DNA of 64,000 nt, taken from contig OY970173.1 in NCBI GenBank assembly GCA_963707635.1, positions 2,304,001 to 2,368,000 on the forward strand, in the 5' to 3' direction. Each line of letters starts with the position of its first letter. The first letter of the stretch is position 1. Below are positions 1-13,907 of this stretch, piece by piece. The translations under genes and the position numbers were made by a program. The stretch is from Candidatus Latescibacterota bacterium. Lineage in GTDB: Bacteria > Krumholzibacteriota > Krumholzibacteriia > WVZY01 > JAKEHA01. The notes beneath the pieces were generated by a model. That model saw only the letters and a list, made by a program, of their open reading frames with translations. It searched no databases and had not been told where the DNA came from.

Positions 1-114
1 GACGATCAGGCGCGCGAGCGACGACTTGCCGACGCCGATGTTGCCCTCGACGGCGATGCGGGCATAGCCCCGGCCGAGGATGCCGCCACGAATATCCGGG
101 TAGCTCACGTCCAC
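1..114 (-). CDS. Deoxynucleoside kinase (dCK/dGK family), N-terminal part; runs off the window edge
   Basis: Manual translation MDVSYPDIRGGILGRGYARIAVEGNIGVGKSSLARLIV shows the IAVEGNIGVGKSS P-loop. It lies directly after folK, a common linkage. Confidence 0.85.
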   Translation of the reverse strand, partial: MDVSYPDIRGGILGRGYARIAVEGNIGVGKSSLARLIV

Positions 115-115
115 G

Positions 116-637
116 TCAGCCTCGCATCGCCAGGGAACGCCCGCTGACCCGCACGAGGTCGCCCGGCGCGGGCAGGGCCGCCGCGAGATCGCCGATTCCG
201 CGACCCGTCCGCGGGCACACGAACCCGGGGGCCACTTCGCGCAACGGGATCAGCACGAACGCGCGCTCGTGGAATCGAGGGTGCGGAAGCTTCAGCCGCT
301 CGCCGACGACGACCTCGTCTCCGGCCGCGATGAGATCGAGGTCGATCTCGCGCGACTGCCAGTGCCCGCCGGTGCGGCCGCCCTTCGCCTCGATGGCCTG
401 CAATCGCTCTAGCAAATCGAGGGGTGGGAGTAAAGACGCAACTTGCGCGACGGCGTTGACGAACGGCGGGGCGCCCGGCATCCCGAGCGCGGGTGATTCA
501 TAGAGGCTGCTCAGGCCCAGCAGGCGCACGGCCCCGCCACTGCCCAGCGCGCGGGCGGCGCCGAGAACCGATTGCTCGCGCTGGCCGAGATTGGATCCGA
601 GCGCGACATAGGCGACTGAGATCACGGTGGACCGCAT
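116..637 (-). CDS. folK: 2-amino-4-hydroxy-6-hydroxymethyldihydropteridine diphosphokinase
   Basis: Motifs AYVALGSNLG, SSLYES, FVNAVA, REIDLDL, LPHPRFHERAFVLIPL. Confidence 0.95.
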   Translation of the reverse strand: MRSTVISVAYVALGSNLGQREQSVLGAARALGSGGAVRLLGLSSLYESPALGMPGAPPFVNAVAQVASLLPPLDLLERLQAIEAKGGRTGGHWQSREIDLDLIAAGDEVVVGERLKLPHPRFHERAFVLIPLREVAPGFVCPRTGRGIGDLAAALPAPGDLVRVSGRSLAMRG

Positions 638-662
638 GAGTAGGGGCGGCGAGCCGCGGTCG

Positions 663-1034
663 TCACATGACCGGGGCCTCGCGGACCAGATACACTTCCA
701 CGTGCGAGAGATTGTTGGGAAACGGAAGGTTTAGCTTTCGCAGCCGGATCTCCACCTTCGAGACCGCGAAACTGGCAATGATGGCGGCGCAGATCTCGTC
801 GCCGAGCGACTCGAGCAATCGGTAGCGCTTCTCGCCGCCGACTACCTCCATCACGCGGCTGTAGATGGACTCGTAGTTGATCGTGTCCTGCAGCGAATCC
901 GTGCGGCACGCCCGCGCAAGGTCGGCGTGGATGTCGAGGTCGATCTGGATCTTCTGCCCGACCTCCCGCTCCGCGGGCGACACACCGTAAAAACCGAATA
1001 CGGTGATGTCCTTGAGCCGGATGACGTCTGTCAC
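663..1034 (-). CDS. folB: Dihydroneopterin aldolase
   Basis: GFYGVSPAEREVGQ, DSLQDTINY, LLESL; adjacent to folK. Confidence 0.93.
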   Translation of the reverse strand: MTDVIRLKDITVFGFYGVSPAEREVGQKIQIDLDIHADLARACRTDSLQDTINYESIYSRVMEVVGGEKRYRLLESLGDEICAAIIASFAVSKVEIRLRKLNLPFPNNLSHVEVYLVREAPVM

Positions 1035-1043
1035 CGTCGCATC

Positions 1044-2678
1044 CTACTGGACCGCAGCGGAAATGTTGACGGTGACGATTCCGGGCTCCGCGCTCAACGG
1101 GGTGACGCCGAATACCGGCATCCAGAGCTGATTGCCCGTTCCCCACACGGGGCTCATCGACATGAACGTGCGGTACGAACTGACGTTGCCTGTCGGCCAG
1201 GTGCCGGTGATGGCGAGCGGAGCGGTCAGCTCACTCGCGTCGATGTCCAGCAGCTCGAACCACGACACGTTGGCGCGGGAGCGCCGGTAGACCATCCATT
1301 CTCCGTCCGGCGACCACGCCAGGTCGCGGAGCCCGTCTCCCGGCGGCACGGTGAGCAGCGGGGCCGCGTTGCTGCCCGTCATCAGGTAGATGGCGCCGCC
1401 GACGCCGGGTGCCACCGGAATCACGGCCAGGGCCGATCCATCCGGGGACCACGTCATCTCGAGCGGGGGTCCGGGCAGCCCGGTGACATCGACCGTGGTG
1501 CCGCCACTCGAATTGGTCTGAATCAGGTACAGCGTTCCATCCTTCGCCACCACCGCCAGCTCCGGAGCCACCGGATTCCATGTCTTCAGCGGCGGCTGGA
1601 GCTGAGGCAGCGATCCCGACGCGATCGACCCGCCCGTGCTGCTGAGCTGCACGAAATGCGTGTAGTCTGCGTCAACGACATCGCCGCTCATGGCGGCACC
1701 GTATATCTCCCACTTCGATTTTCCGGTCGGGTCGGCGACGAACGTGAGCCAGTTCTGGTCGGTGGAAAACGTGGGAAAAAAGCTCCGCTTAAACTTCTGC
1801 CCGCCCGTCACCCGCACCCGCGTGTTCTGCATCAGGTCGTACACGAATACTTCGAACGAATCGAACGCCGCGTTGAAGCGATCTGGAAGGTAGCCCTGGA
1901 ACGCCACCAGGTGGCCGTTTGCCGAAATCGCCGGCTGGGTGTACTGCTGTCGCAGCTCGGACGGCGGAATCGAGTTGTCCACGGTGAGGCGCTGGAAGGT
2001 ACCGGCCCCCAAATGCGCGACGTAGATATTCCGGGGACGGTTTGCCCCCGTGGCGGGGCCGGTATAGGTCGTGTCCGCCCAGTATGCCTCGAACGCCAAG
2101 TCGGGTGCGAACACGACGTCGAACTGGTTGGCCACCGACGGAGGCGCGGCGTCGAGCGAGGACGCGCCGTTGAAGCGGTACAGGTCGGTTCCCTGACTGA
2201 CGTTGGTGGTGCGCCGGTGGTAGAAGGTCGGCCCGCCCGTAATCAACGTCACCGCGCCGGCGTCGTCCATCACCACCGCGCTCTCTCCGGCCACCAGGAC
2301 GTCGGTGGAATGCGACGCGCTACCGACAGAGTTGGTCGCACGCGCCGTAACCACGTAGACTTCGGACGTCGCCGGAGCCACCCAGTGGACCGTGAGCTGG
2401 TCGTCCTCGACGAACGTGCCCCCGGTCGCTGTCCACGACAGCACGGGAATGTCACCCGCGTTGGCGGACGACGAGCGTACGTCCGCAGTCATGATCAGGG
2501 TATCGCCCGCCGCGGCCGTCTTCGGGCTGGCAATGATCTGCGCGACCGTCAGCGGCGTTGAGGTCCCGTCGCCCCCGTCGACGACCGGTTCGTCCTTCCC
2601 GCACGCACCCACTGCCAACCCCACCAGTCCGGCCAGCACGAATCGACCGAGTCGCGTTGCATTCTTCTTCAAGACCAC
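1044..2678 (-). CDS. Lipoprotein with an Ig/PKD-like domain and TolB/PD40-like beta-propeller
   Basis: Lipobox LAVGA-C after a hydrophobic stretch; repeated P-x-W/F-S-P-D-G motifs (PTFSTD, TWSPDG, AWSPDG); GGAGG RBS, so the start may be TTG at 2672. Confidence 0.75.
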   Translation of the reverse strand: MVLKKNATRLGRFVLAGLVGLAVGACGKDEPVVDGGDGTSTPLTVAQIIASPKTAAAGDTLIMTADVRSSSANAGDIPVLSWTATGGTFVEDDQLTVHWVAPATSEVYVVTARATNSVGSASHSTDVLVAGESAVVMDDAGAVTLITGGPTFYHRRTTNVSQGTDLYRFNGASSLDAAPPSVANQFDVVFAPDLAFEAYWADTTYTGPATGANRPRNIYVAHLGAGTFQRLTVDNSIPPSELRQQYTQPAISANGHLVAFQGYLPDRFNAAFDSFEVFVYDLMQNTRVRVTGGQKFKRSFFPTFSTDQNWLTFVADPTGKSKWEIYGAAMSGDVVDADYTHFVQLSSTGGSIASGSLPQLQPPLKTWNPVAPELAVVAKDGTLYLIQTNSSGGTTVDVTGLPGPPLEMTWSPDGSALAVIPVAPGVGGAIYLMTGSNAAPLLTVPPGDGLRDLAWSPDGEWMVYRRSRANVSWFELLDIDASELTAPLAITGTWPTGNVSSYRTFMSMSPVWGTGNQLWMPVFGVTPLSAEPGIVTVNISAAVQ

Positions 2679-2775
2679 AAACCTCCAACTAGACCGGCGT
2701 CCGGGAGCTCAGCCGAGGAACCCGCCCGACTCTGAGTAAGTAACGGAAGCGCACCAGGGTGGGGTTGTCGTAGGT

Positions 2776-2805
2776 ACGATACGCGTCCATCGCGCTGTTT
2801 TTCAA
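2776..2805 (-). promoter_or_regulatory. Putative sigma70 promoter for the lipoprotein-folB-folK-dNK unit
   Basis: TTGAAA-N18-TATCGT on the minus strand. Confidence 0.45.
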
Positions 2806-2852
2806 GCGCTTTTTGCGGCCGACCGGCCCGCGGGGGCCGCCCCGGGGCCCGG

Positions 2853-2894
2853 AAACAAAAAGCGCGCCGACGGTTGGTCACCGCCGGCGCGCTT
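2853..2894 (-). terminator. Rho-independent terminator of groESL
   Basis: Stem AAGCGCGCCGGCGGT / ACCGTCGGCGCGCTT running into TTTTTGTTT, just after the groEL stop. Confidence 0.85.
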
Positions 2895-2918
2895 CGCCGC
2901 GCTCGCGCGCGTTTTCGA

Positions 2919-4545
<1,627 letters not shown>

Positions 4546-4593
4546 GTCGTGGCCTCCTGTGTGGTTCGAATTTGAATCGAATGATGTTCCTGG

Positions 4594-4878
4594 CTAGAGA
4601 ATCGCGAGGATCTCGTCTTCCTTCACGACGAGATACTTCGAGCTGTCGATCTCGATCTCGTTGCCCGCGTATTTCGCAAACAGCACGCGGTCGCCCTTCT
4701 TGACTTCGGGCTCGATGCGCTCGCCGCTGTTGGTGCGGCGGCCCTTGCCGACCGCGATGACTTCGCCCTCCTGCGGGCGCTCCTTCGCCGTGTCGGGGAT
4801 GATGATGCCGCCCTTCTTCTTCTCTTCCTTCTCGAGCAACCGGACGATCACGCGGTCACCCAGTGGGATCATCTTCAT
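4594..4878 (-). CDS. groES: Co-chaperonin GroES
   Basis: [51 protein letters not shown]. Confidence 0.97.
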   Translation of the reverse strand: MKMIPLGDRVIVRLLEKEEKKKGGIIIPDTAKERPQEGEVIAVGKGRRTNSGERIEPEVKKGDRVLFAKYAGNEIEIDSSKYLVVKEDEILAIL

Positions 4879-4964
4879 GGGGTAGCCTCCTTCGAGCGGG
4901 TGGCGTGCCTCGCACGCCCCGTCTTGATTGACTTGGTATCGGTATAGTGATTCTGACAGGTCGC

Positions 4965-4991
4965 TTAGCAGTCGACGATGCCGACTGCCAA
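4965..4991. promoter_or_regulatory. CIRCE element (HrcA operator)
   Basis: TTAGCAGTC-N9-GACTGCCAA versus consensus TTAGCACTC-N9-GAGTGCTAA, between the promoter and groES. Confidence 0.88.
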
Positions 4992-4999
4992 TCGGGGTT

Positions 5000-5029
5000 A
5001 CTTTAGGACGTAACCCCCCGGTCGTGCAA
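5000..5029 (-). promoter_or_regulatory. sigma70-type promoter of groESL
   Basis: TTGCAC-N18-TAAAGT immediately upstream of CIRCE. Confidence 0.6.
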
Positions 5030-5059
5030 GTGAAACTTTTCGTAAGTGCGGGCGGGGGC

Positions 5060-5817
5060 CTACTCGAGATCGTCGATTCCCCGCCCGATCGCGGCCAGTC
5101 CGAGCAGGGTGAGGTCTGGGATGACCTGCCACTGCCGGGAAGCAGGGGCGAGAGTCGGGCCGCGTGCCCGCCGGTCATGATGATCGTAAGCCGTTTCCCG
5201 GACCTGGCTTCCAGCATCGCGGCCGCCGCGCGGATCCCGCCTGCCGCCCCCAGCACCGCGCCCCAGCGCATGGCGGACTCCGTGTCGTCGATGCGGCGGG
5301 GTGCCAGCGGCCCCCGGGCGAAATCAATCGGCGGCAGGCGGGCTGTGACCCGGTGGAGGGCGTCGAGCGAGGTGGTCGGCCCGGGCAGGATCACCCCACC
5401 GAGGAACCGCCGCTCGACGATCAGGTCGACGGTGATGGCGGTACCGGCATCGATGACGACGGCGGAACGCCGCCCCCCGCGTACCGCCCCGCACGCGGCG
5501 CACAGGCGATCGGTCCCCACCCGTTCCGGCCGGCGCACCCCGATCGATACCGGCATCCGGGTGCGATGGGTGACGACGATCGCGTCGAGGCCGGTGGCGT
5601 GTTCGATCGCCCGCACGACGCGCGCCGTGGACGCGGGCCGGACCGACGACACCAGCGCGCGCTCGATCGACCCCCCCGCGCGCGCGACGCGTGCGACCGC
5701 GCGGGCGATCTCGCGCGCCGGCGCGCCGCTGGACACGCGGGTCACCCGCACCACGCGCGTGCCGCGGACCGCGGCGATCTTCGTGCTCGTGTTCCCGATG
5801 TCGACGCAGAGCATCAT
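5060..5817 (-). CDS. coaX: Type III pantothenate kinase (one base missing near 5131)
   Basis: [36 protein letters not shown]; the expected C-terminus [16 protein letters not shown] is in the shifted frame. Confidence 0.92.
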
Positions 5818-6620
5818 TCCACCACCTCCACGGTCTCGCCGTAGAGCAACGCCTCGCTCCCGTCGCGGTCGAGACGCACCCGCAGCGCCCCGTCGGACCC
5901 GACGCCGAGCGCGAGCGCGCGCAGCCGCTCGCCGCCCGATTCGAAGGCCACCATCCGGCCCCGCTGCAACAGGCGCGATTCGTAGGCGGACGCCAGCGGC
6001 CCGAAGCCGTCGCGGCGGAAGCGATCGTAGTACGACTCGATCGTGCCGACGACGTCGGCGAGCACGAACGCCCGGTCCCACTCCGAACCGGTGAGTGTCA
6101 GGCAGGACACCGCGGGCATGCGCAGTTCGGAAGGAAACTCCTCCGCACGCGCGTTCACGTTGACCCCGATTCCCACCACCAGGTGCGAGAGCGCCCCGCC
6201 CGCGCTCGCGCTTTCGGCAAGTACGCCGGCGAGCTTCCCCCCGGCTGCAACCACATCGTTCGGCCACTTGACCCCGACTTCCACGTCGAGCAGCTTCGAG
6301 AGCGCGATCGATGTGGCCATCGCGACCAGGAGCGCGACGGGCAATGCGCCGCGCGCGTCTCCGCCCGGGCGCAGGATCACCGACGCCAGCACGTTGCGCC
6401 CCGCCGGGCTCGCCCATGTGTGGGTGCGGCGGCCCCGGCCGCGGCGCTGGAGGTTCGCCACCACCAGCGTGCCCTCCGGTTCGCCGGCTCGCGCCAGCGC
6501 CAGCGCGACGTCGTTGGTCGAATCGGTCTCCGGGTAGAAATAGATGCGGCGGCCGAGCCGCGCCGTCGCCAGGAAGCGGCGGACGTCGGCCGGCAGCGGA
6601 CCGGTGGCGCCCGCCATCAC
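5814..6620 (-). CDS. birA: Biotin-protein ligase without an N-terminal HTH
   Basis: [32 protein letters not shown]. Confidence 0.93.
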   Translation of the reverse strand: MMAGATGPLPADVRRFLATARLGRRIYFYPETDSTNDVALALARAGEPEGTLVVANLQRRGRGRRTHTWASPAGRNVLASVILRPGGDARGALPVALLVAMATSIALSKLLDVEVGVKWPNDVVAAGGKLAGVLAESASAGGALSHLVVGIGVNVNARAEEFPSELRMPAVSCLTLTGSEWDRAFVLADVVGTIESYYDRFRRDGFGPLASAYESRLLQRGRMVAFESGGERLRALALGVGSDGALRVRLDRDGSEALLYGETVEVVE

Positions 6621-7479
6621 AGCACCTCGAGGCTCATCGACGCGGCCGGAGCGGAATGGGTCAGCGCGCCGACCGAGATGAAATCGACCCCCGGCAGCGC
6701 AAGGGCGCGCACCGTCTCGAGCGTCACGCCGCCCGACACTTCCAGCTCGAGGCGCCTCTCCGGGTGCGCATGACGGAACTCCTCCACCAGCCGCACCGCG
6801 CTGGCCACGTCCCCGGGGGAAAAATTATCGAGCATCACGCGGTCGATGCGCCGTCCCAACACCGCGCGCAGGAACTCGATCGAGTCCACTTCCACCTCGA
6901 CGAACGGCGCTCGCGCGCCGCCGTCGAGCACTCGCAAGAGCGCGTCGCGCCCGCCCAGCGCGCGCACGTGGTTGTCCTTCACCAGCACCATCGCGCCGAG
7001 ATCGCGCCGGTGATTGTGCGCGCCGCCGCATCGCACCGCGTACTTCTCGAGCTCGCGCCACAGCGGCGTGGTCTTGCGCGTGTCGAGAATCTGGACGCCC
7101 GTGCCGGCCACCGCCGTCACGAACCGCGCCGCGTGGGTGGCGATGCCGCACATGCGCTGGAGGAAATTGAGCGCGGTTCGCTCGGCCGACACCACCGACC
7201 GGGCGGGTCCGCCGACCCGGCCGAGGACTCCGCCCGCCGCTACGAGCTCGCCGTCGGCGGCGACCGCGTCGAACCGGCAGCGAGCGTCGATCTGACGAAA
7301 CGTCTCGCGCGCCAGCTCGACCCCGCTCACCACCGTCTCCTGCGCCACGCGAATCTCCGCCGACACGGGCTGCTCACCCAGCGCGAGGTAGGCGACCGTC
7401 GCATCGTGGCGGGCCGCGTCTTCCTCGACGGCGGCGGCAACCCACGCGCTCACCCGCTGCGGGTCGAGGGGTGAGAGGT

Positions 7480-7483
<4 letters not shown>
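6617..7483 (-). CDS. nadC: Quinolinate phosphoribosyltransferase
   Basis: [41 protein letters not shown]. Confidence 0.96.
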
Positions 7484-9520
<2,037 letters not shown>

Positions 9521-9524
<4 letters not shown>

Positions 9525-9922
9525 CCGCGACGCTCGCACAGGAGCAGCAACGTCAGCACCAGGATGGCGACGACCATGAGGGGAACCACCAGGCTGCGAA
9601 CCACGCGCGGCGGCCCCAGCTTTTCTTCGCGCACGCTCTGCTCGATCTCCCACGACGGACCGGTCCCGCCCCCGGCGGAACTCGACCGGGCCCGGATCAT
9701 CGCCCACAGCTTGCCCCCGTCCAGGCCGAGGAAGTCGGCGTAGGTGCGGAGGAAACCCTTCAGGTAGGTCTCGCTCGGAAACCCCTCGAAGTCGTCCGCC
9801 TCGAGCGCGGTGATCGTCTGCGCGGAAATCTTCGTCTCGCGATTCACCTGCTCGACGGAAAGCCTCCGCTCCTCGCGCGCCGCGCGCAGGATCTCGCCGA
9901 TGGTCTTTCCTTCCGTGATCAC
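9521..9922 (-). CDS. RodZ-like HTH protein with a C-terminal TM helix
   Basis: [33 protein letters not shown] (HTH_25-like) plus a hydrophobic C-terminal segment. Confidence 0.8.
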
Positions 9923-10013
9923 GCATCACCTCCCGGCCAACGCCCGCGCGCACCCGCCGTCGCCGTTGTGGACCAATCAGAACACGCGACGCGGGCGCCC
10001 GGCAACCGCAAAC

Positions 10014-12710
10014 CTACTCCCGGTCCGGCGCGAGCAGCGCGAGCGACTCGACGAGCTTCGTGCGCTCGACTTCCAGGCGCGCGTGGCGCTCGCGCTCGCG
10101 CTCCACCACCTCGGGCTTCGCCCTCGACACGAAGCTCTCGTTGGCCAGCCTCCCCCCAGTGTCCGCGAGCTCGCGCTCAACCCGCTGCCGCTCCTTCTCG
10201 AGACGGGCGCGCTCGGCGTCGAGGTCCACGATCCCTGCGAGCGGCACGACGACTTCGATCTCGCCGACCGGAGTGGCGGCGCTGCCCCGCTCCTTGCCGA
10301 CGGCGGGGCCGGCCTCGAGCGACGCCGCGCCCGCCAGGCGCAGGATCCCGTCGGACGCCGCGCGCAGCACGGCGGCGTTCGCCTCCGACGCGCGGACCCG
10401 TACCGGCACGCGTGCGCCCGGGCTCACCCGGTACGCGGCGCGGACGTTGCGCACCGAGACGACCACGTCGCGCAAGAGCCCCATGCGCTGTTCCGCTTCC
10501 GCGTCCACCCGGTCGGCGGCGCCGCGCGGATACGCGTTCTCGAGCACGAGCCCTCTCGCCATCGGGAGCACGCTCCAGATCTCTTCGGTCAGGTAGGGCA
10601 TCAGCGGGTGGATGAGCTTCACCGACTGCCCGAGCACGTAGAGCAGAACCGCCAGCACCGTGCGCCGGTCGCCTTCGCCGTACAGGCGCACCTTGGCCAG
10701 TTCGAGGTACCAGTCACAGAAGTCGTGCCAGAAGAAGTCGTAGAGGCGCAGCGCGCCGTCGTTGAGCCGCCACTCCTCGAAGCACCGGTTGGTATCGAGC
10801 TCGCAGCGGTTGAGCGCGGAAAGGATCCAGCGATCCTCCCACGCGAGCTCCGGCTCGAACGCGAGGTCGCTGCCGAACGTGTGCCGCCAGCTCGCCGCCA
10901 GCGGGTGGGCTCCCGCCCCGGCGTCGGCGAAGATCGGGCTGGTTTCCTTCTCGAACGCGCCCATCACCAGCCGGGACGCCTGCCACACCTTGTTGGTGAA
11001 GTTGCGCCCGAGCTCCAGCTTCTCTTCGTCGAAGAAGACGTCCTTGCCCGGGGGCGAGAGCATCGCGAGCGTGAAACGAAACGCGTCCGTTCCCCAGCGG
11101 TCGATCAAATCCAGCGGGTCGGGCGAATTCCCCAGCGACTTGCTCATCTTGCGGCCGATCCCGTCGCGCACGATGCCGGTCAGGAACACGTGACGGAACG
11201 GAACCTCGCCCAGGAACTCGAGCGAGGCCATGATCATGCGCGCCACCCAGAAGAAGATGATTTCGGGCGCGGTCACCAGCACCGACGTGGGGTGGTAGCG
11301 CTCGAGGTCCGGCGCGTGCTCGTCCGGCCAGCCCAGCGGAGAGAACGTCCACAGCCAGGAGGAGAACCAGGTGTCGAGCACGTCTTCGTCCTGGCGAAGG
11401 TCGGTGTCGCCGCAGGTCGCGCACGCGCTCGGGTCGGTGCGCGCCACCGTGATGTGGCCGTTCTTCGCGCAGTACCACACCGGGATCCGGTGACCCCACC
11501 ACAGCTGCCGCGAGATGCACCAGTCGCGGATGCCGTTCATCCACGCCATGTAGACGTTACGCCACCGCGCCGGATAAAACGTGATCTCGTCGTTTTCGAC
11601 CGCGCGGATCGCCGGCGCCGCGAGCGGCTGCATGCGCACGAACCACTGCGTCGACAGGAGTTGTTCGATCACCGTGCCGCAGCGGTCGTGGGTGCCGAGC
11701 GCGTGCCGGTACGGCTCGACCTTCACCAGCGCCCCGATTGCTTCGAGCATGGCGACCACGCGCGCGCGCGCCTCGAAGCGGTCGAGGCCCTCGAAATCCT
11801 TCCCCGCGTCCCGCGTCATGCGCCCGCTGCGGTCGATCACGACCACGGCCGGGAGGTGGTGGCGCTGGCCGATGCCGAAGTCGGTCGCGTCGTGCGCCGG
11901 CGTCACCTTGAGGAAGCCGGAGCCGAATTCCTTCTGGACCGCGGCGTCGGCCACGATGGGAAGCGCGCGCCCCACGATCGGGAGCGTGCATGTCGTTCCC
12001 ACCAGCGCGCGCTTCGACGCGTCGTCGGGGCTGACCGCCACCGCCGTGTCCCCCAGCATCGTCTCGGGCCGGGTGGTGGCCACGACGACGTCGCCGTGCG
12101 CCGACGGGTAACGAATCCAGTAGAGTTTGCCGTCGCGTTCCTCGTACTGGACTTCTTCGTCGGAGATCGCGGTCTGACACGACGGGCACCAGTTGACGAT
12201 GTAGTCGCCGCGATAGACGAGTCCCTTCTCGTACAGGCGCACGAAGGCCTCGCGCACCGCGCGCGAACGCGCCTCGTCGAGCGTGAACGCCTCGCGGCTC
12301 CAGTCGAACGCGCACCCGAGCTGCTTCATCTGCTCCACGATGCGATCGTGGTGGTGGTCCTTCCATTTCCACGCGTGGGAGAGAAACTCCTCGCGCGTCA
12401 TTTCGGCGCGTTTCTTCCCCTCCTTGAGCAGCGCGGCCTCCACCACTTTCTGGGTGGCGATGCCGGCGTGATCCGTCCCCGGGATCCACAGTGTCCGATA
12501 GCCGCGCATCTTCTTCCAACGAATCAGAAGGTCCTGGACGGTGTCGCCGAGCACATGGCCGACGTGCAGTACGCCGGTGACGTTGGGAGGGGGCAGTGTG
12601 ATCACGAACGGGGGCTGTGCCGACGCGTCGTCGGGGACGAAGAGGCGGCGCGCGTCCCATTCGCGGTTCCAGCGCGCGCGCGCGGCCGCGGGGTCGAAGT
12701 GTTTTTCCAT
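10014..12710 (-). CDS. valS: Valine--tRNA ligase
   Basis: PPPNVTG-HVGH, DWCISRQLWWGH, DVLDTWFSS, KMSKS, C-terminal coiled-coil arm. Confidence 0.97.
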   Translation of the reverse strand: MEKHFDPAAARARWNREWDARRLFVPDDASAQPPFVITLPPPNVTGVLHVGHVLGDTVQDLLIRWKKMRGYRTLWIPGTDHAGIATQKVVEAALLKEGKKRAEMTREEFLSHAWKWKDHHHDRIVEQMKQLGCAFDWSREAFTLDEARSRAVREAFVRLYEKGLVYRGDYIVNWCPSCQTAISDEEVQYEERDGKLYWIRYPSAHGDVVVATTRPETMLGDTAVAVSPDDASKRALVGTTCTLPIVGRALPIVADAAVQKEFGSGFLKVTPAHDATDFGIGQRHHLPAVVVIDRSGRMTRDAGKDFEGLDRFEARARVVAMLEAIGALVKVEPYRHALGTHDRCGTVIEQLLSTQWFVRMQPLAAPAIRAVENDEITFYPARWRNVYMAWMNGIRDWCISRQLWWGHRIPVWYCAKNGHITVARTDPSACATCGDTDLRQDEDVLDTWFSSWLWTFSPLGWPDEHAPDLERYHPTSVLVTAPEIIFFWVARMIMASLEFLGEVPFRHVFLTGIVRDGIGRKMSKSLGNSPDPLDLIDRWGTDAFRFTLAMLSPPGKDVFFDEEKLELGRNFTNKVWQASRLVMGAFEKETSPIFADAGAGAHPLAASWRHTFGSDLAFEPELAWEDRWILSALNRCELDTNRCFEEWRLNDGALRLYDFFWHDFCDWYLELAKVRLYGEGDRRTVLAVLLYVLGQSVKLIHPLMPYLTEEIWSVLPMARGLVLENAYPRGAADRVDAEAEQRMGLLRDVVVSVRNVRAAYRVSPGARVPVRVRASEANAAVLRAASDGILRLAGAASLEAGPAVGKERGSAATPVGEIEVVVPLAGIVDLDAERARLEKERQRVERELADTGGRLANESFVSRAKPEVVERERERHARLEVERTKLVESLALLAPDRE

Positions 12711-12842
12711 GGTGGTGCGGTTCAAGGAGCGCTCCGGCGCCGGTACGAGTGGATCGTCAAACCCGTTGCGAGACGGGAAAATAGCACCGTAGGCCGGGGC
12801 GGTCAACCGGTGAGGACGGCCGCCAGCCCGCTCGCCACCGCG

Positions 12843-13739
12843 CTACCGGGCCGGGTCCACGGCCACGAGCGCGATCCACGGTCCGTCCGGGCTCACGGCG
12901 ATTCGCGTCACCGTCGTGATCCCGGCGCCGGCGAAGTCCGCGACTTCTCTCCAGCGCGGACTTTCGAAGGGGCGCGCGGCGAACAGCCTGGCGCCATCGG
13001 CCATCACCAGGGTGTCGCCGATCCACGCCGCGTCCTGGCCGCCGCCCACCGCGTCGATCAGCGGACGGGGCTCCCCGGCTGGCAGCGGAAGCGTGAGCAG
13101 CCGAAACGCATACGTGCCGTCGTCCTCGCGCGAGAGAAAACTCACACCCCGCCCGCCGGGCGCGACCAGGATCGAACGCCCAATGTCTCGCGCGACAGTC
13201 GTCTCTTCTTGCGTCACCACGTCCACCAGCCGGAGCGTGTGCGGGGAGCCGACCACGAACACCACCAGCGTGCGCTCGTCCCACCACGCGAAATAGCCGA
13301 CCGAGTCGACCTCGCTTGCGACGAGCCGCGGGTTCGACCCGTCCATGTCGAAGCGCCACAGGCGCTGCGTGCTGTCGGCTTCGACGCGCACGGTCACAAA
13401 CCCGTCTCCCGGAGCCGCCAGCGGGGTCGGCGAGTACTCGCTCTCGGGCGTGGAGGTGACCCGGCGCGCCTGGCCGCGTGTCACGTTGAGCCGAAACACA
13501 TCCGTCTGCCCGGAGGAGTCTGCCGCGACGAACAGTAGTTCACTGTCCCCGGGCAGGAAGCAGGGCTGGTTATCATATCCCGGTCGATGGGTGACATTGT
13601 GCGGGGTCCCGACATGCATCGAATCGCCGGTCACCCAGAACGGGGCCACCCAGATATCGGCCGAAGGCGGCTGGGCGGACGCGGTGGAGACGGTCAGGGC
13701 CAGGGCCAGAATCGACCCGACCAGGCGCATATATTGCAT
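12843..13739 (-). CDS. Secreted TolB-like beta-propeller protein
   Basis: Signal peptide; GYDNQP, ESEYSPT, VGYFAW and RIAVSPDG repeats. Confidence 0.7.
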   Translation of the reverse strand: MQYMRLVGSILALALTVSTASAQPPSADIWVAPFWVTGDSMHVGTPHNVTHRPGYDNQPCFLPGDSELLFVAADSSGQTDVFRLNVTRGQARRVTSTPESEYSPTPLAAPGDGFVTVRVEADSTQRLWRFDMDGSNPRLVASEVDSVGYFAWWDERTLVVFVVGSPHTLRLVDVVTQEETTVARDIGRSILVAPGGRGVSFLSREDDGTYAFRLLTLPLPAGEPRPLIDAVGGGQDAAWIGDTLVMADGARLFAARPFESPRWREVADFAGAGITTVTRIAVSPDGPWIALVAVDPAR

Positions 13740-13781
13740 AAGCTTACATCACCCACTTTAGAAGTAAGGGGAAGCGAAGAA

Positions 13782-13810
13782 TTGACGGCTGCGTCCCGGG
13801 AGCGTATAAT
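13782..13810 (+). promoter_or_regulatory. Near-consensus sigma70 promoter
   Basis: TTGACG-N17-TATAAT upstream of the sugar dehydrogenase gene. Confidence 0.85.
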
Positions 13811-13907
13811 GAAGGTCCCCGTAAATCCATTCAGACCTTTCGGGTGCGGGCGCGCCCCTGGTCCGGAGCCCCGAGCACGTGGGCGGCCCGGTGATCCCGA
13901 GCGCAGG

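Noticed and set aside
4594..6417. 607-aa ORF that looks like a CoaX-GroES fusion
   Set aside because: It results from a 1-bp deletion near the coaX 3' end. The linker region holds the true coaX stop, the groESL promoter, CIRCE and the groES RBS.
9810..13538. Long plus-strand ORFs (1242 aa here; also 33766-37353, 38340-42494 and others)
   Set aside because: They are antisense shadows of real minus-strand genes, common in high-GC DNA, with no recognisable motifs.
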